Made by a program: the position numbers and the translations under genes
Notes under the pieces: generated by a model
What the model was told of the DNA's origin: nothing
The model's input: only the letters and a program-made list of their open reading frames with translations
The model's database searches: none
In this document: positions 26,489 to 35,523 of the stretch, in pieces
How positions within the stretch are numbered: position 1 is the stretch's first letter
Layout: the number at the start of each line of letters is the position of its first letter
Origin: Fibrobacteraceae bacterium
GTDB taxonomy: Bacteria > Fibrobacterota > Fibrobacteria > Fibrobacterales > Fibrobacteraceae
Direction: 5' to 3'
Assembly (NCBI GenBank): GCA_045615885.1
Contig: JAZLFR010000018.1
Location: 1-46,356 of the forward strand
Length of the DNA: 46,356 bases

Positions 26489-26659
26489 ATGAAAAAGCCA
26501 AAGCCGCCCGTTTGCCCCTGCGCCATCTGTCCAGAAAATGAAACCCTCCGCCCGCTCGGCCTTTGTTCCGGCGGTACAGGAATCTGTCAAGCCTGCATGG
26601 ACTACCACGCCGAAAAACGAGAATATAACATGATGCTTGAAAAGGAGAACAAGAAATGA
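26489..26659 (+). CDS. Small Cys-rich (zinc-ribbon-like) protein
   Basis: CPCAICP...C..C; RBS AAGGAGG. Confidence 0.4.
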   Translation: MKKPKPPVCPCAICPENETLRPLGLCSGGTGICQACMDYHAEKREYNMMLEKENKK

Positions 26660-27057
26660 AAAACACGATGCACGCGACGACGAATTATAAAGCCCTGGCG
26701 AAGATCATCGCCGCCATGAACGGCAGCAGCCACAAGCGCTTTGAGCTCCCCGAGATGCTCCCGCTCGTAATTGAAAAGCTTTACACCTGCAAGCGCGGCA
26801 CCGTTTACAGCCTCGCGCACTACGGCGAGCAGAACGGCGATTTAATGCGAGATCCCGATATGGAGATTGCCATTAACACCGAAGCCGGCACCGCCGAGCC
26901 GCTGTCATATCAAAACGACTATCTCGGCATATATCACCAGGTCTATATCGAGCGCGACGGGAAAGAGCTTTACAGCCCGCGCATGAGAACAGACCTTGAC
27001 GCTTTTCTCTGGCAATGGCTGAAAAACATCAAAGACCAGGGTTATATTACCGCTTGA
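26656..27057 (+). CDS. Hypothetical protein
   Basis: ORF with ATGA overlap. Confidence 0.45.
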   Translation: MKNTMHATTNYKALAKIIAAMNGSSHKRFELPEMLPLVIEKLYTCKRGTVYSLAHYGEQNGDLMRDPDMEIAINTEAGTAEPLSYQNDYLGIYHQVYIERDGKELYSPRMRTDLDAFLWQWLKNIKDQGYITA

Positions 27058-27147
27058 CCCGCGCCCGCCGGTGATACCTTGCAGCCGCCGCACACCTTAA
27101 AAGCGACGGCAGCCCACGAAAAATTATTATTTTGGAGGTTTACAAAC

Positions 27148-27300
27148 ATGAAAAAACATTCTATTTGGGCTATTAAATACATCGACGAAAACGGGTTTAC
27201 GCTGTCCGTCGGTTATGCCGACGCGCTGGATCACCACGAAACCGGAGAAATCACCACCGATATTTTCGGAAATTGTATTCTTTGGGAATTTGAGATTTAA
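27148..27300 (+). CDS. Small hypothetical protein
   Basis: GGAGG RBS. Confidence 0.35.
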   Translation: MKKHSIWAIKYIDENGFTLSVGYADALDHHETGEITTDIFGNCILWEFEI

Positions 27301-27313
27301 GGAGGTTACGAAA

Positions 27314-27568
27314 ATGAAATTATGCGACGATGAATTTACTATTACCAAAGCCGACGACAGCCGCGTTATTTTCAGTTTTAACGGCGTTATTTCAAAGCCG
27401 GTTAAAATCGTACATGAAAGCGGTTGGGCGTGGAAATGCCAAAAGACGCAGATCAAGACGTGTAAAAGCATAGACACTTTTATTGCCGAAATGATAAATC
27501 CTGAATGGATCTGTTTTGCGCGGAAAATAGCGAAATTCTACTGCGTCGGAGGTAATGAAAATGCGTGA
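27314..27568 (+). CDS. Hypothetical protein
   Basis: AAGGAGG RBS. Confidence 0.4.
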   Translation: MKLCDDEFTITKADDSRVIFSFNGVISKPVKIVHESGWAWKCQKTQIKTCKSIDTFIAEMINPEWICFARKIAKFYCVGGNENA

Positions 27569-27761
27569 TCCAGATTACACCGTCACCGACAACGCCGAGT
27601 ATGGCAGCGTCGAGATCGCTTTTACAGATCGCCCGCCCTACGCCGTTCGGCAGGCGCTCAAAGCCCGCCGTTTCCGCTGGCACAGCGTCAAGCGCGTCTG
27701 GTATGGCTACCGCTACACCGTCGCCGCCATGCTGGACTATCTCGCCCCGCTCTACGCTTGA
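27555..27761 (+). CDS. Hypothetical protein
   Basis: ORF. Confidence 0.35.
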   Translation: MKMRDPDYTVTDNAEYGSVEIAFTDRPPYAVRQALKARRFRWHSVKRVWYGYRYTVAAMLDYLAPLYA

Positions 27762-27805
27762 CAGATTATGTTATAATTTTTACAAAACGAAAAGGAGATT
27801 AAAAA

Positions 27806-28243
27806 ATGGAAAAATTTACAGTTCACTATAATGCGGGCCAGAGCCGGTACGGCGACAAAGGCGTGGATTATATGCTTTGCCGTGGGGAGTACGACGACGA
27901 TGAGTTCGAGCTATACGCCGAGGCCGACCCCATCGGCCACTATGTATACATGCCTCACCTTGACGAAGAGAGCTACGACGACGCCGGGTACTACGAGTTT
28001 GACGCGAGCAGCGCATCTTACAAATGGCGCGGCGAAAAGGAAAGAGCCGACGTTAAAAGCAATGGCGAGCTACTGGACTTCGTGAACGAGCGCTATTGTC
28101 TCCTGCACTTCCCCCAAAAGATCTCGCCTTATGAGTGGACTTATGACGACGAGTGGGGCACATGGGATGAGCTGAAGAAGGAGATCTTGGAGCAGGCCAG
28201 CGATAAAGGCATCCCCGTGGAGCTGCTTGACTTTGGGGATTGA
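27806..28243 (+). CDS. Highly acidic hypothetical protein
   Basis: 145 aa, Asp/Glu/Tyr-rich; preceded by the repeated 27-bp RBS cassette. Confidence 0.45.
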   Translation: MEKFTVHYNAGQSRYGDKGVDYMLCRGEYDDDEFELYAEADPIGHYVYMPHLDEESYDDAGYYEFDASSASYKWRGEKERADVKSNGELLDFVNERYCLLHFPQKISPYEWTYDDEWGTWDELKKEILEQASDKGIPVELLDFGD

Positions 28244-28282
28244 GCTTGACAGCGCATCAAAAAACGAAAAGGAGATTAAAAA

Positions 28283-28483
28283 ATGGAAATGGTAAAAAAC
28301 GAGTATGGATATGAGTTCGACCTTGACGCCGCCGCCGCTCTTATGGATGACGAAACGCGCGAGACTGTCCATGGTGAGTTTGCGCCATGCGACCCGCAGA
28401 CTTTTTTCGATGCTTATTGCAAAGCGCATTACGAAAAGTTCGGCGAGGATTTCGAGCTCGCCAAGAAAAACCCCGTTTGGTGA
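28283..28483 (+). CDS. Hypothetical protein
   Basis: Preceded by an identical 27-bp RBS cassette. Confidence 0.4.
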   Translation: MEMVKNEYGYEFDLDAAAALMDDETRETVHGEFAPCDPQTFFDAYCKAHYEKFGEDFELAKKNPVW

Positions 28484-28509
28484 GAGCGAGAGAAAAGGAG
28501 ATTGAAAAA

Positions 28510-28746
28510 ATGAAGATCAATTTTAAGGGATACAAAAGCAATTACAACTTGTTCATTGACGGACAATGTTTTTTCCGAGAAACAGACTTTTCAGTCGGCG
28601 ACGGAGACGAATACGACTTCACCGTCCAAGAGTGCCTGGACGCCGATATACCCCGCATCGAGGAATACTTCGGCGGCCTTGATAGCGATACACGCGAAGC
28701 AGTAATTGATATACTGGAGACATACTACGACGGTCACGACAACTAA
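28510..28746 (+). CDS. Acidic hypothetical protein
   Basis: Preceded by a near-copy of the RBS cassette. Confidence 0.4.
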   Translation: MKINFKGYKSNYNLFIDGQCFFRETDFSVGDGDEYDFTVQECLDADIPRIEEYFGGLDSDTREAVIDILETYYDGHDN

Positions 28747-29247
28747 CCAGGACGACACACAGCCCCCCCGCCACCATCGGCGGGGGCGCAGCCCTATATA
28801 TTAACGCACGCCCAACGCATTGTAACGCATTACAACGCTTTTTGTGTGTTAACTTGATTAACCAGTACGCACATTAACAGAAAAGCGCGAAAACCGTTGA
28901 TATAAAAGGAATATTTAACTTGACCGTAACTTGATCCGCTCGCGCCGGAGCTCGCGCAGATCGCCAGACTTGCAACCGCTTGCAACCGCTTGCAACCGCG
29001 CCGGCAGCACCTGCACCGGATCACCGGCGGACACCGGCAGACATCGGCAGCGCTCGCGCCGGATCACCGGCGGCATTATCGCGTATTTCCGCGCCCGTTT
29101 TTCCTTATACTCCGCGTTATATCAGCCTATACACATAGCAATCACCGCACGGACGAAAAATCCCCCAACGCTCAAAGCGTCGGGGATATTCTTTTCTCCG
29201 GCAAGCCTATACGGCCTCACAGCCTCCGGCGTAGATGGCAGCGCCGA
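28747..29247. repeat. Repeat-dense non-coding region: GC hairpin, taacttga x3, cttgcaaccg x3 tandem, ggatcaccggcgg x2
   Basis: Direct reading; lies between convergent transcription units. Confidence 0.6.
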
Positions 29248-29565
29248 TCATTCCGCCCGCTCGCCTTTTCGTTTTTTCCAAAGCTTTGTCAGCACCGGAA
29301 CACGGCCTGCATACCTCGTCTGCATTTCATCCGTCGGAGCTTCGGCATGGCGCGGATCAATAAGCTGTTTGTCTTTTTCCGTCACGACGAAACTTCCATC
29401 GACATTTTCAAAAAAGCGTCCTTTCACTCCGGAGGATAGAAAATTAACCGCGTGTCGTATGTCATCCGTAAACCGGCACCCGTCCTTTCTTCCGGACGGG
29501 TTGCTGCACCCGTCACAAGCGCGACCGTCGCACAAGTAGAATACTTTCATATCCTCCATCTGCAC
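29248..29565 (-). CDS. Cys-rich hypothetical protein
   Basis: MKVFYLCDGRACDGC... Confidence 0.35.
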   Translation of the reverse strand: MQMEDMKVFYLCDGRACDGCSNPSGRKDGCRFTDDIRHAVNFLSSGVKGRFFENVDGSFVVTEKDKQLIDPRHAEAPTDEMQTRYAGRVPVLTKLWKKRKGERAE

Positions 29566-29735
29566 CCCTCACAATTCTTTTCTCTCCATCGCGGCGCGTC
29601 GCCACGGCACAGGATGCAAAGCTCATTTCTCGCCGCCCGCAGCGCGTCCGTTGTCTTTTTCAGCGCGGCGCGGGCGCTCCCGCTCCGCAAAAGGATCTCC
29701 TCGTTTCGTTTGATGAGCGTTTTGTAATCGTCCAT
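29547..29735 (-). CDS. Small hypothetical protein
   Basis: GGGAGGAAAG RBS. Confidence 0.4.
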   Translation of the reverse strand: MDDYKTLIKRNEEILLRSGSARAALKKTTDALRAARNELCILCRGDAPRWREKNCEGCRWRI

Positions 29736-29835
29736 GCTTTCCTCCCGTGTCCAAAAAGGCCGTTTCCGTAGGCGTTTTGCCGTACCTAAATTTCGATGGG
29801 GGCTATATTTTGCAGCGCCGCAAAATTTACCCCTA

Positions 29836-29867
29836 TTGAAAACGCCGCCCCAGGGAACGGGGCGGCG
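29836..29867 (-). terminator. Rho-independent terminator (minus strand): cgccgcccc-agggaac-ggggcggcg followed by UUUUC
   Basis: 9-bp GC stem; A-run on the + strand immediately 5' gives a U-run on the minus strand. Confidence 0.5.
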
Positions 29868-30011
29868 CTGATCCGGCGCGCGTGGTGGTGTGTCGCGCGG
29901 ACGGCCGGGGGCATTGGCCCCGCCGGATTGCCGTCTAAAAGAGCGGCGGGCCGGAAGCTGATCGACCCAACGCCATGGACACCGTTATCATAGCACGGCT
30001 TTGTGCAAAAG

Positions 30012-30215
30012 TCATTGCAAATTGTATTCAAGCTTCGGCAATTCGCATTTTGCTTTCCGTATGCCGCCATACTTCCGCAAAAACGCGCGGTAAACCGTTG
30101 CCTTGTCGCAGTGCAAAGCTGCGCCGATCTCGCCCATGCCATAGCCCGCTCGATACTTTTCCATAGCCCACTCTGTTTGTTTATCCGAAATAACATACTC
30201 GCCCTTTTTGCCCAT
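30012..30215 (-). CDS. Small HTH DNA-binding protein
   Basis: GYGMGEIGAALHCDKATVYRAF is HTH-like. Confidence 0.45.
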   Translation of the reverse strand: MGKKGEYVISDKQTEWAMEKYRAGYGMGEIGAALHCDKATVYRAFLRKYGGIRKAKCELPKLEYNLQ

Positions 30216-30232
30216 AGCGTTTTCGCCTCCTA

Positions 30233-30580
30233 TTATTCAAATCTAATTCTGTATATCCCGTCTCCGTTTTCCTCCGGCATGACGGAAAAATCCATGTGCA
30301 GCTTTGGATCGTTCAAGACTTCAACAATTTCATCCTCTGCATAAAGCTGACCTTGAATCATATCCTCGTATATGTTTTCAAGCTTAACGCGGATAATATT
30401 CACTACGCCTTTTCTGTTTTTCACTTTCAGCCAAAACGGCTTTCCGATTTCCATGCAGGCAAAGTCTATAAAATATGTACCGCAGTACGGGCATTGCGTG
30501 TCCGTGATAACCGCCCCGCAGTTCGGGCAGTTTTTCTTGTCGCCTATCCGCTTTTTGTTTTCAATGTCGTCACGAATCAT
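30233..30580 (-). CDS. Zinc-ribbon protein
   Basis: CPNCG...CPYCG. Confidence 0.35.
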   Translation of the reverse strand: MIRDDIENKKRIGDKKNCPNCGAVITDTQCPYCGTYFIDFACMEIGKPFWLKVKNRKGVVNIIRVKLENIYEDMIQGQLYAEDEIVEVLNDPKLHMDFSVMPEENGDGIYRIRFE

Positions 30581-30870
30581 TCGCACTCTTCCACAATCAG
30601 TGGTTTCAACCCCCTCCCGCTCAATATATCTGCGTTTGCTTCTCCTTGTGGTACATGCGGATGCAGCAACGCCTCCGATTTTATTGCCTTCTTGATTTCG
30701 GCGCACAATTCTTCCGCATAACTCTTAAACTCCGGCTTTATGTTCCAGTTATCAGAAATTGCTTGGTCGATCCGGTCGATTATGCAGTACACATCCGATT
30801 TGCTGATTAAGCCGTCGTTCGCACTCTGCCCATCCTTCGGGCGCGCCCTGACTATGTTCGTGCTTGTCAT
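30577..30870 (-). CDS. Hypothetical protein
   Basis: ORF with ATGA overlaps. Confidence 0.35.
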   Translation of the reverse strand: MTSTNIVRARPKDGQSANDGLISKSDVYCIIDRIDQAISDNWNIKPEFKSYAEELCAEIKKAIKSEALLHPHVPQGEANADILSGRGLKPLIVEECE

Positions 30871-31124
30871 TTTTTCTTGCCCTCTGCACAATAAAAATCT
30901 TCCTTTGTCGCGGCGCCGCAAATCCTCACGGTGACAACACCGTCGGCATCCATTTCGACGCCGGAGCATAGGGCGCAATCCTGCGTGTACCGATTCACAC
31001 ACTCCCCGCACCGCACAACCGGCACGGCATCCACAGTCGGCATCTTCTTAACTTGGATCCCGGTATCGTCTTTGTTTGCCACAATACGACAGCCCTCGTA
31101 TGAAGAAACATCAATCAGTCTCAT
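30867..31124 (-). CDS. Small Cys-rich protein, paralogue of 31152..31466
   Basis: Shared DAVPVVRCGEC ... YCAEGKK motif. Confidence 0.4.
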   Translation of the reverse strand: MRLIDVSSYEGCRIVANKDDTGIQVKKMPTVDAVPVVRCGECVNRYTQDCALCSGVEMDADGVVTVRICGAATKEDFYCAEGKKK

Positions 31125-31151
31125 GTCAGCTCCTCCCTATCCACTTTTTGC

Positions 31152-31466
31152 TCATCCATCCATCTTCTTGCCATCAGCGCAATACCAATCATCACTCGGG
31201 GCAATGGCCCAAGTGTTTGTTGTTCTGCAATTTTTTCTTCTTGCACACTCTCCGCACCGCACCACCGGCACGGCATCCACTGTTTTCGCCTCTTTGTTCC
31301 TGTCAACAAAAGAAAGTTCGGCAACCTCCATGTCCCTATCCATTCTTCTGTTTACCGAAATGTAAATGCGCGGGTGATCTGTCAAATACCAAGACAAAAC
31401 CTTGAGCAGCCGCAGCGCATCTTCATTCGCCATCGACGGCCTTACGCCTATTTTTATTTCGCTCAT
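31152..31466 (-). CDS. Small Cys-rich protein, paralogue of 30867..31124
   Basis: DAVPVVRCGECARRKNC...WYCADGKK. Confidence 0.4.
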   Translation of the reverse strand: MSEIKIGVRPSMANEDALRLLKVLSWYLTDHPRIYISVNRRMDRDMEVAELSFVDRNKEAKTVDAVPVVRCGECARRKNCRTTNTWAIAPSDDWYCADGKKMDG

Positions 31467-31489
31467 ATCATCCTCCGGCGTCCAGCCAT

Positions 31490-31816
31490 CTATAAAACTT
31501 CTGTCAAAATGCGGAAGTCCTTAAACCAGGAATTCTCCAACGTGATCTCAACAGGTTTTCCAACGAGTTCAGAAACATCATCGACCTTTGCGTCGTTGAG
31601 CAGTTTATGTATGCTGTCTACCAATTTTTCAATAGCTTCCTGCCGGCTTTGAGTTTCCCATTTGCAATGCTCGGAAATGTTGACCGTGTATTTTCCTCCG
31701 TCCGACACGCCGCCACCATCAAATCCAAAATCCAGCTTCAGCCCGAAAAGAAAAGGCATATCGTTCACCTTTCCAAACTCGGCTCTTACTATCTTTCCCA
31801 AAACCTTTTCTGTCAT
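31490..31816 (-). CDS. Hypothetical protein
   Basis: ORF; start MTEKVLGK. Confidence 0.35.
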   Translation of the reverse strand: MTEKVLGKIVRAEFGKVNDMPFLFGLKLDFGFDGGGVSDGGKYTVNISEHCKWETQSRQEAIEKLVDSIHKLLNDAKVDDVSELVGKPVEITLENSWFKDFRILTEVL

Positions 31817-31830
31817 ATTTCTCCCTCCAT

Positions 31831-32097
31831 TCAATCTATTATTTCGACACAGCGCGGTGCTATCGTGTAACACCTTCCGTTGTATTCCACCTCCAAAAAT
31901 GTTCCGTATAGATTTCTATATACGCCGATTGCATTAAGCTCCGTACCATACGGAATAGGTTTAATCCCCTGCGCCAACGCCGTTTTCCAATCCTCTTCCG
32001 GCGCGTATTTCACCGTCCGAACGCGATGCGGAAAAGTCCGCAATTCTCCGTTGGCAGTCCGCACCGCCAAGTAGTATTCAAGATCATCGTCTCTCAT
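31831..32097 (-). CDS. Hypothetical protein
   Basis: ORF. Confidence 0.3.
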   Translation of the reverse strand: MRDDDLEYYLAVRTANGELRTFPHRVRTVKYAPEEDWKTALAQGIKPIPYGTELNAIGVYRNLYGTFLEVEYNGRCYTIAPRCVEIID

Positions 32098-32381
32098 GTT
32101 AATTCCGCACCTCCGTCCATCTTCGCGCCGCATGTTTCACAGTACGGCGCCCTGTATTCGTCCCAATCATGCTCCTCGCCGCACTCCGAGCATATCTGGA
32201 TACCGTTTTCTTCAATCCAATATCCATGCCGCACGGGTTCGGTGTACACAGTTGGAGCCGAATCCAAAAATTCAAGGCAATCCTCAACCGCTCCACAGGC
32301 TGCATAGTTACTCATCTCGTTATGGTGTTCGAACAATGCCTGCATTTTTTCACGCGGCGCGTCAGCATCAATCAGTCCCAT
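32094..32381 (-). CDS. Zinc-ribbon hypothetical protein
   Basis: CSECG...CETCG. Confidence 0.3.
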   Translation of the reverse strand: MGLIDADAPREKMQALFEHHNEMSNYAACGAVEDCLEFLDSAPTVYTEPVRHGYWIEENGIQICSECGEEHDWDEYRAPYCETCGAKMDGGAELT

Positions 32382-32887
32382 GTCAATTCCTCCACATAGC
32401 ACCACGACTGCGGCGGGCGCTTGATATAACACCTATCACAGTTGTTGCAAGTTGGTTTCGTCGGCAAAACACAGTGTTGGGCATCATACGGCTTCACAAA
32501 CTCGCCAAGCTCCCGAGGCTCATCGTAGATAACGAGGTCGGATATGTGCCAGCCGTATAAAACATCGGTTTCTACTCCGGCATATTGGTCTATTTCTTCG
32601 TCAGTAAGACAATCTTCATTCACATCCCATTCGCTGTACCACCCTTCCTCGTCCATGCCATAATCGACTTTATAGACAGATTTATAAATGCCGTCGCACA
32701 CAAACTCGCCGATGACTTTTCGTTGGCTCCATTTGAGACACCATTTAGGGCCGCTCGTGCAATAGATATAGCACTTGAACGGCGTGTCCAACTTCGGGCG
32801 GGTTTTGCGGACTTCGATTGTCTTTTCACCACCAGCAATCAGACCGCACCAGCGCGGGCGAATGGATAGCATTACGGCTTTACTCAT
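32372..32887 (-). CDS. ASCH-domain protein
   Basis: N-terminal MLSIRPRWCGLIAGGEKTIEVR matches the ASCH beta-barrel signature. Confidence 0.55.
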   Translation of the reverse strand: MSKAVMLSIRPRWCGLIAGGEKTIEVRKTRPKLDTPFKCYIYCTSGPKWCLKWSQRKVIGEFVCDGIYKSVYKVDYGMDEEGWYSEWDVNEDCLTDEEIDQYAGVETDVLYGWHISDLVIYDEPRELGEFVKPYDAQHCVLPTKPTCNNCDRCYIKRPPQSWCYVEELTWD

Positions 32888-33267
32888 TTGTCGCCCTCCT
32901 GTATCTTTTTCAGCGCGGCTTCGGCTTCTTCCCGCGTTGAAAACACAGTTTTTCCGAACTCGGACAAATCATTTCTGAAACGATGCGCGCATACGCCGTA
33001 ATCTCTGTCCTTACAGGTCGCCATGCAAAGATTATCTTCATCCACACACACGCATCTGATGTCCGGCGCTTCTCCTACCATCTTCTGCACCTTCGTCTTG
33101 TTCCTGTTCAAGATATAAACATAGTCGCCAACCATGCACGGAACCACGACAACGCCGTTTCCTAGCAGATAATCGGCAACTTGGTTCGTTGACGGCATTC
33201 CATAATTGTCGTCGCAATTAAGAAAAGCCGCGTCCAACAGCTCGACCATTTTTTCTTTCTGTGTCAT
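32884..33267 (-). CDS. Hypothetical protein
   Basis: ORF. Confidence 0.35.
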   Translation of the reverse strand: MTQKEKMVELLDAAFLNCDDNYGMPSTNQVADYLLGNGVVVVPCMVGDYVYILNRNKTKVQKMVGEAPDIRCVCVDEDNLCMATCKDRDYGVCAHRFRNDLSEFGKTVFSTREEAEAALKKIQEGDK

Positions 33268-33289
33268 TCCTCCACCTCCTCACTCCAAT

Positions 33290-33487
33290 CTATGGCTTGT
33301 CCGCTTTTTCTACAAACTCCGGCTTTTTCTGTTCATACCCACAGTCCGCACAGATAAGAATGCCATACCCGGGCTTTTCGATCAGTTTTCGATGGCAACG
33401 CGGACAAGTTGTGCGCGGTTTATTTCGTCTTTTCATTTTTCTTGCGAAACTCATTTCGTCTCCTTTACAAATCGAAGTAAACATCAA
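33290..33487 (-). CDS. Zinc-ribbon protein
   Basis: CPRC...CADCG. Confidence 0.3.
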   Translation of the reverse strand: MMFTSICKGDEMSFARKMKRRNKPRTTCPRCHRKLIEKPGYGILICADCGYEQKKPEFVEKADKP

Positions 33488-33800
33488 TTTTCAATGACGA
33501 CGCGCTCAACCGCCGCCATCTGTATTGCTCAAAAACTATTTTCAGATAATTTATCGCTGTTATAGGCTCAAAAATTTTCAGCTCTTTCCCCCAAACAGCT
33601 TTGTATTCGCAAAAAGAGTGCCTTGCTCCCATCGTTGGAGCCATCGCCGATTTACAATAGTTTTCATTCGGCTCAACTCCTTGCAAATACAAGCTGTTCC
33701 TTTTTATCGAATACCCAAGCGAAATTCCTCTTATATCAGTGTTCATCCAACAACATCCTATCTTCTTCCCCAATCTATGGCTTGTCCGCAGACCGAACAA
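33465..33800 (-). CDS. Hypothetical protein
   Basis: ORF. Confidence 0.3.
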   Translation of the reverse strand: MFGLRTSHRLGKKIGCCWMNTDIRGISLGYSIKRNSLYLQGVEPNENYCKSAMAPTMGARHSFCEYKAVWGKELKIFEPITAINYLKIVFEQYRWRRLSASSLKIDVYFDL

Positions 33801-34048
33801 AACCTTGGGCTAAACATTGCATCGCTTTTCGTTCCTTTACAGCTCGGACACGCCCAATGATATTTGAGTTTGTCTACTCTCGGTTTCTTCGGCTCTCGCA
33901 GTTCAAGCGCCTCGATTGCCGCGTCAATCGTTTCTCCGATTTCCTCGGCATCCACCTCGCCCATCCCCTCAAAATCAGCGGAAAGCATCATCTTTTGAAG
34001 AAACGGCTTTATGCCTTTCAGTCCTTCAATGTGTTGTTGAATTGTCAT
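33758..34048 (-). CDS. Zinc-finger hypothetical protein
   Basis: CPSC...CSVCG. Confidence 0.35.
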   Translation of the reverse strand: MTIQQHIEGLKGIKPFLQKMMLSADFEGMGEVDAEEIGETIDAAIEALELREPKKPRVDKLKYHWACPSCKGTKSDAMFSPRFCSVCGQAIDWGRR

Positions 34049-34470
34049 TTCTCCACCTCCGGCGGCTCTGGCAGCGGCATCCAGTGGGTAACCGAAATAA
34101 CGTTGCCGTAGTTGTTGCGAAATTCGTCATCGTAAAAATATAGAGTATCCACCTCATCCTCTAAGCGGGAGCCGTCTGCGTACCTGATGCCCGAGAAATC
34201 AATCACTACATTATATTTCGTCGGGTGTTCTCCGTCTTTCGGATTATCAGGAAGCCGTTCATCGACGCTCACCCACTCGCGGCGTGCCGCCTTTTCCAAG
34301 GATTTTTCTAACAATCTTTTCATCGCTTCGTTCTCCAGCGCAAGCGCTTCGATTGCATCGGCGGCTTCAAAAATAATATCCGCCTCTGAAAAGTATCGGT
34401 GCGATCTGATCGCCTCGCCAAGTCGCCTCACATTTCTGGCGATTTTCCCGTAATCCTTTTTATCTCTCAT
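34045..34470 (-). CDS. DUF551-like protein
   Basis: C-terminal ...VTHWMPLPEPP signature. Confidence 0.45.
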   Translation of the reverse strand: MRDKKDYGKIARNVRRLGEAIRSHRYFSEADIIFEAADAIEALALENEAMKRLLEKSLEKAARREWVSVDERLPDNPKDGEHPTKYNVVIDFSGIRYADGSRLEDEVDTLYFYDDEFRNNYGNVISVTHWMPLPEPPEVEK

Positions 34471-35498
34471 TCTTCCGTCTCCTTTTTCCCCGCGATCCCG
34501 TCGAGCCGCTCGTCCCACTTATCCATCAGCGCAACAACGGCATTGTATAACGACCCGCGAACCTTCTTGTCGCTCTGCTTTTCAAGCGAATCAAGCACGC
34601 TCGCCATGGCGGTCTGCGCCCCATCGAACAGCACCTCAAACCTCGCAACATCGGCGTTGCTCATAATCTGTCTCTTTTTCAGCTCGTCCCGCTCGCGCTC
34701 GGCGGCGGCGAGCTTTTCCCGCAGCTCCGAAATGTCCGGAAGAGCTTTCATTTCCTTTGCCGCTTCCTCCGCCTCGGCCTTTGCCTTTTCCAGATCATCC
34801 GACAGCTTTTTGATTTTCTCGTTGGCGGTCTTTTCTTTGAGTGCATAGCCGTCTTTGATATTCTTCACAGCCTTTTTTACCTCGGCGTCCACGCGCTTCT
34901 GGAGCTCCTCCGCGCTTTCCTTTTCCACAGCCACTTCAACAGGCCGATGCTCCAGCTCGTCGATCATGGCCTCCGCCGCCTCCAGATCCGCGCCCGCCTT
35001 TTCCGCTCGGGCGTTCGCTTCCTCCGCGGCTTTCCGCGCTTCGTCCCGCTCGCGGATCGCTTTTTCAAGCTCGCGGGTGCTCATCTCGGTAACATCGTGC
35101 GCCTCGATAAACTCCTCCCGCTCGCCTTCCGGCAGCGCGAGCAGCGCCAGCGCATTGGTCACGCTCATATTTTGCAGCGCCGCAAAATTTACGGTCAGAT
35201 CATCGTCAAACAAGCTCACCTGCTTGCTCCCGTAGGCGTTGTAAAGCCGCATATACCGCGTCGCCCAGGTCTGCGAAAACGGCAGGTTCTTTTCGATGTA
35301 TTCGCCCCACTCGCCATGCTTCACCATGGCTTTGGCCTCCACGAGGCGGCGGCCTACCTCAATGCCGGTCGCAACCGTCACCATGGCGAGATTGTTTTGC
35401 AGCCGGACGATCTCACTCGTCACGACCTCGATTGTGCGCTCCGCCGCCATCACGGCAGCTTCCTTTGTCATAAGTTCATTCATGTCCATAGCCTCCAA
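34467..35498 (-). CDS. DUF3102-like N-terminal domain protein with long coiled-coil C-terminus
   Basis: HGEWGEYIEKNLPFSQTWATRYMRLY motif; highly charged helical C-terminus. Confidence 0.4.
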   Translation of the reverse strand: MEAMDMNELMTKEAAVMAAERTIEVVTSEIVRLQNNLAMVTVATGIEVGRRLVEAKAMVKHGEWGEYIEKNLPFSQTWATRYMRLYNAYGSKQVSLFDDDLTVNFAALQNMSVTNALALLALPEGEREEFIEAHDVTEMSTRELEKAIRERDEARKAAEEANARAEKAGADLEAAEAMIDELEHRPVEVAVEKESAEELQKRVDAEVKKAVKNIKDGYALKEKTANEKIKKLSDDLEKAKAEAEEAAKEMKALPDISELREKLAAAERERDELKKRQIMSNADVARFEVLFDGAQTAMASVLDSLEKQSDKKVRGSLYNAVVALMDKWDERLDGIAGKKETEE

Positions 35499-35523
35499 CT
35501 CTTATTTTTGATTATAAATTCTA

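Noticed and set aside
29786-30196. 136-aa minus-strand ORF
   Set aside because: Overlaps the better-supported HTH gene 30012..30215 in another frame and spans a terminator hairpin.
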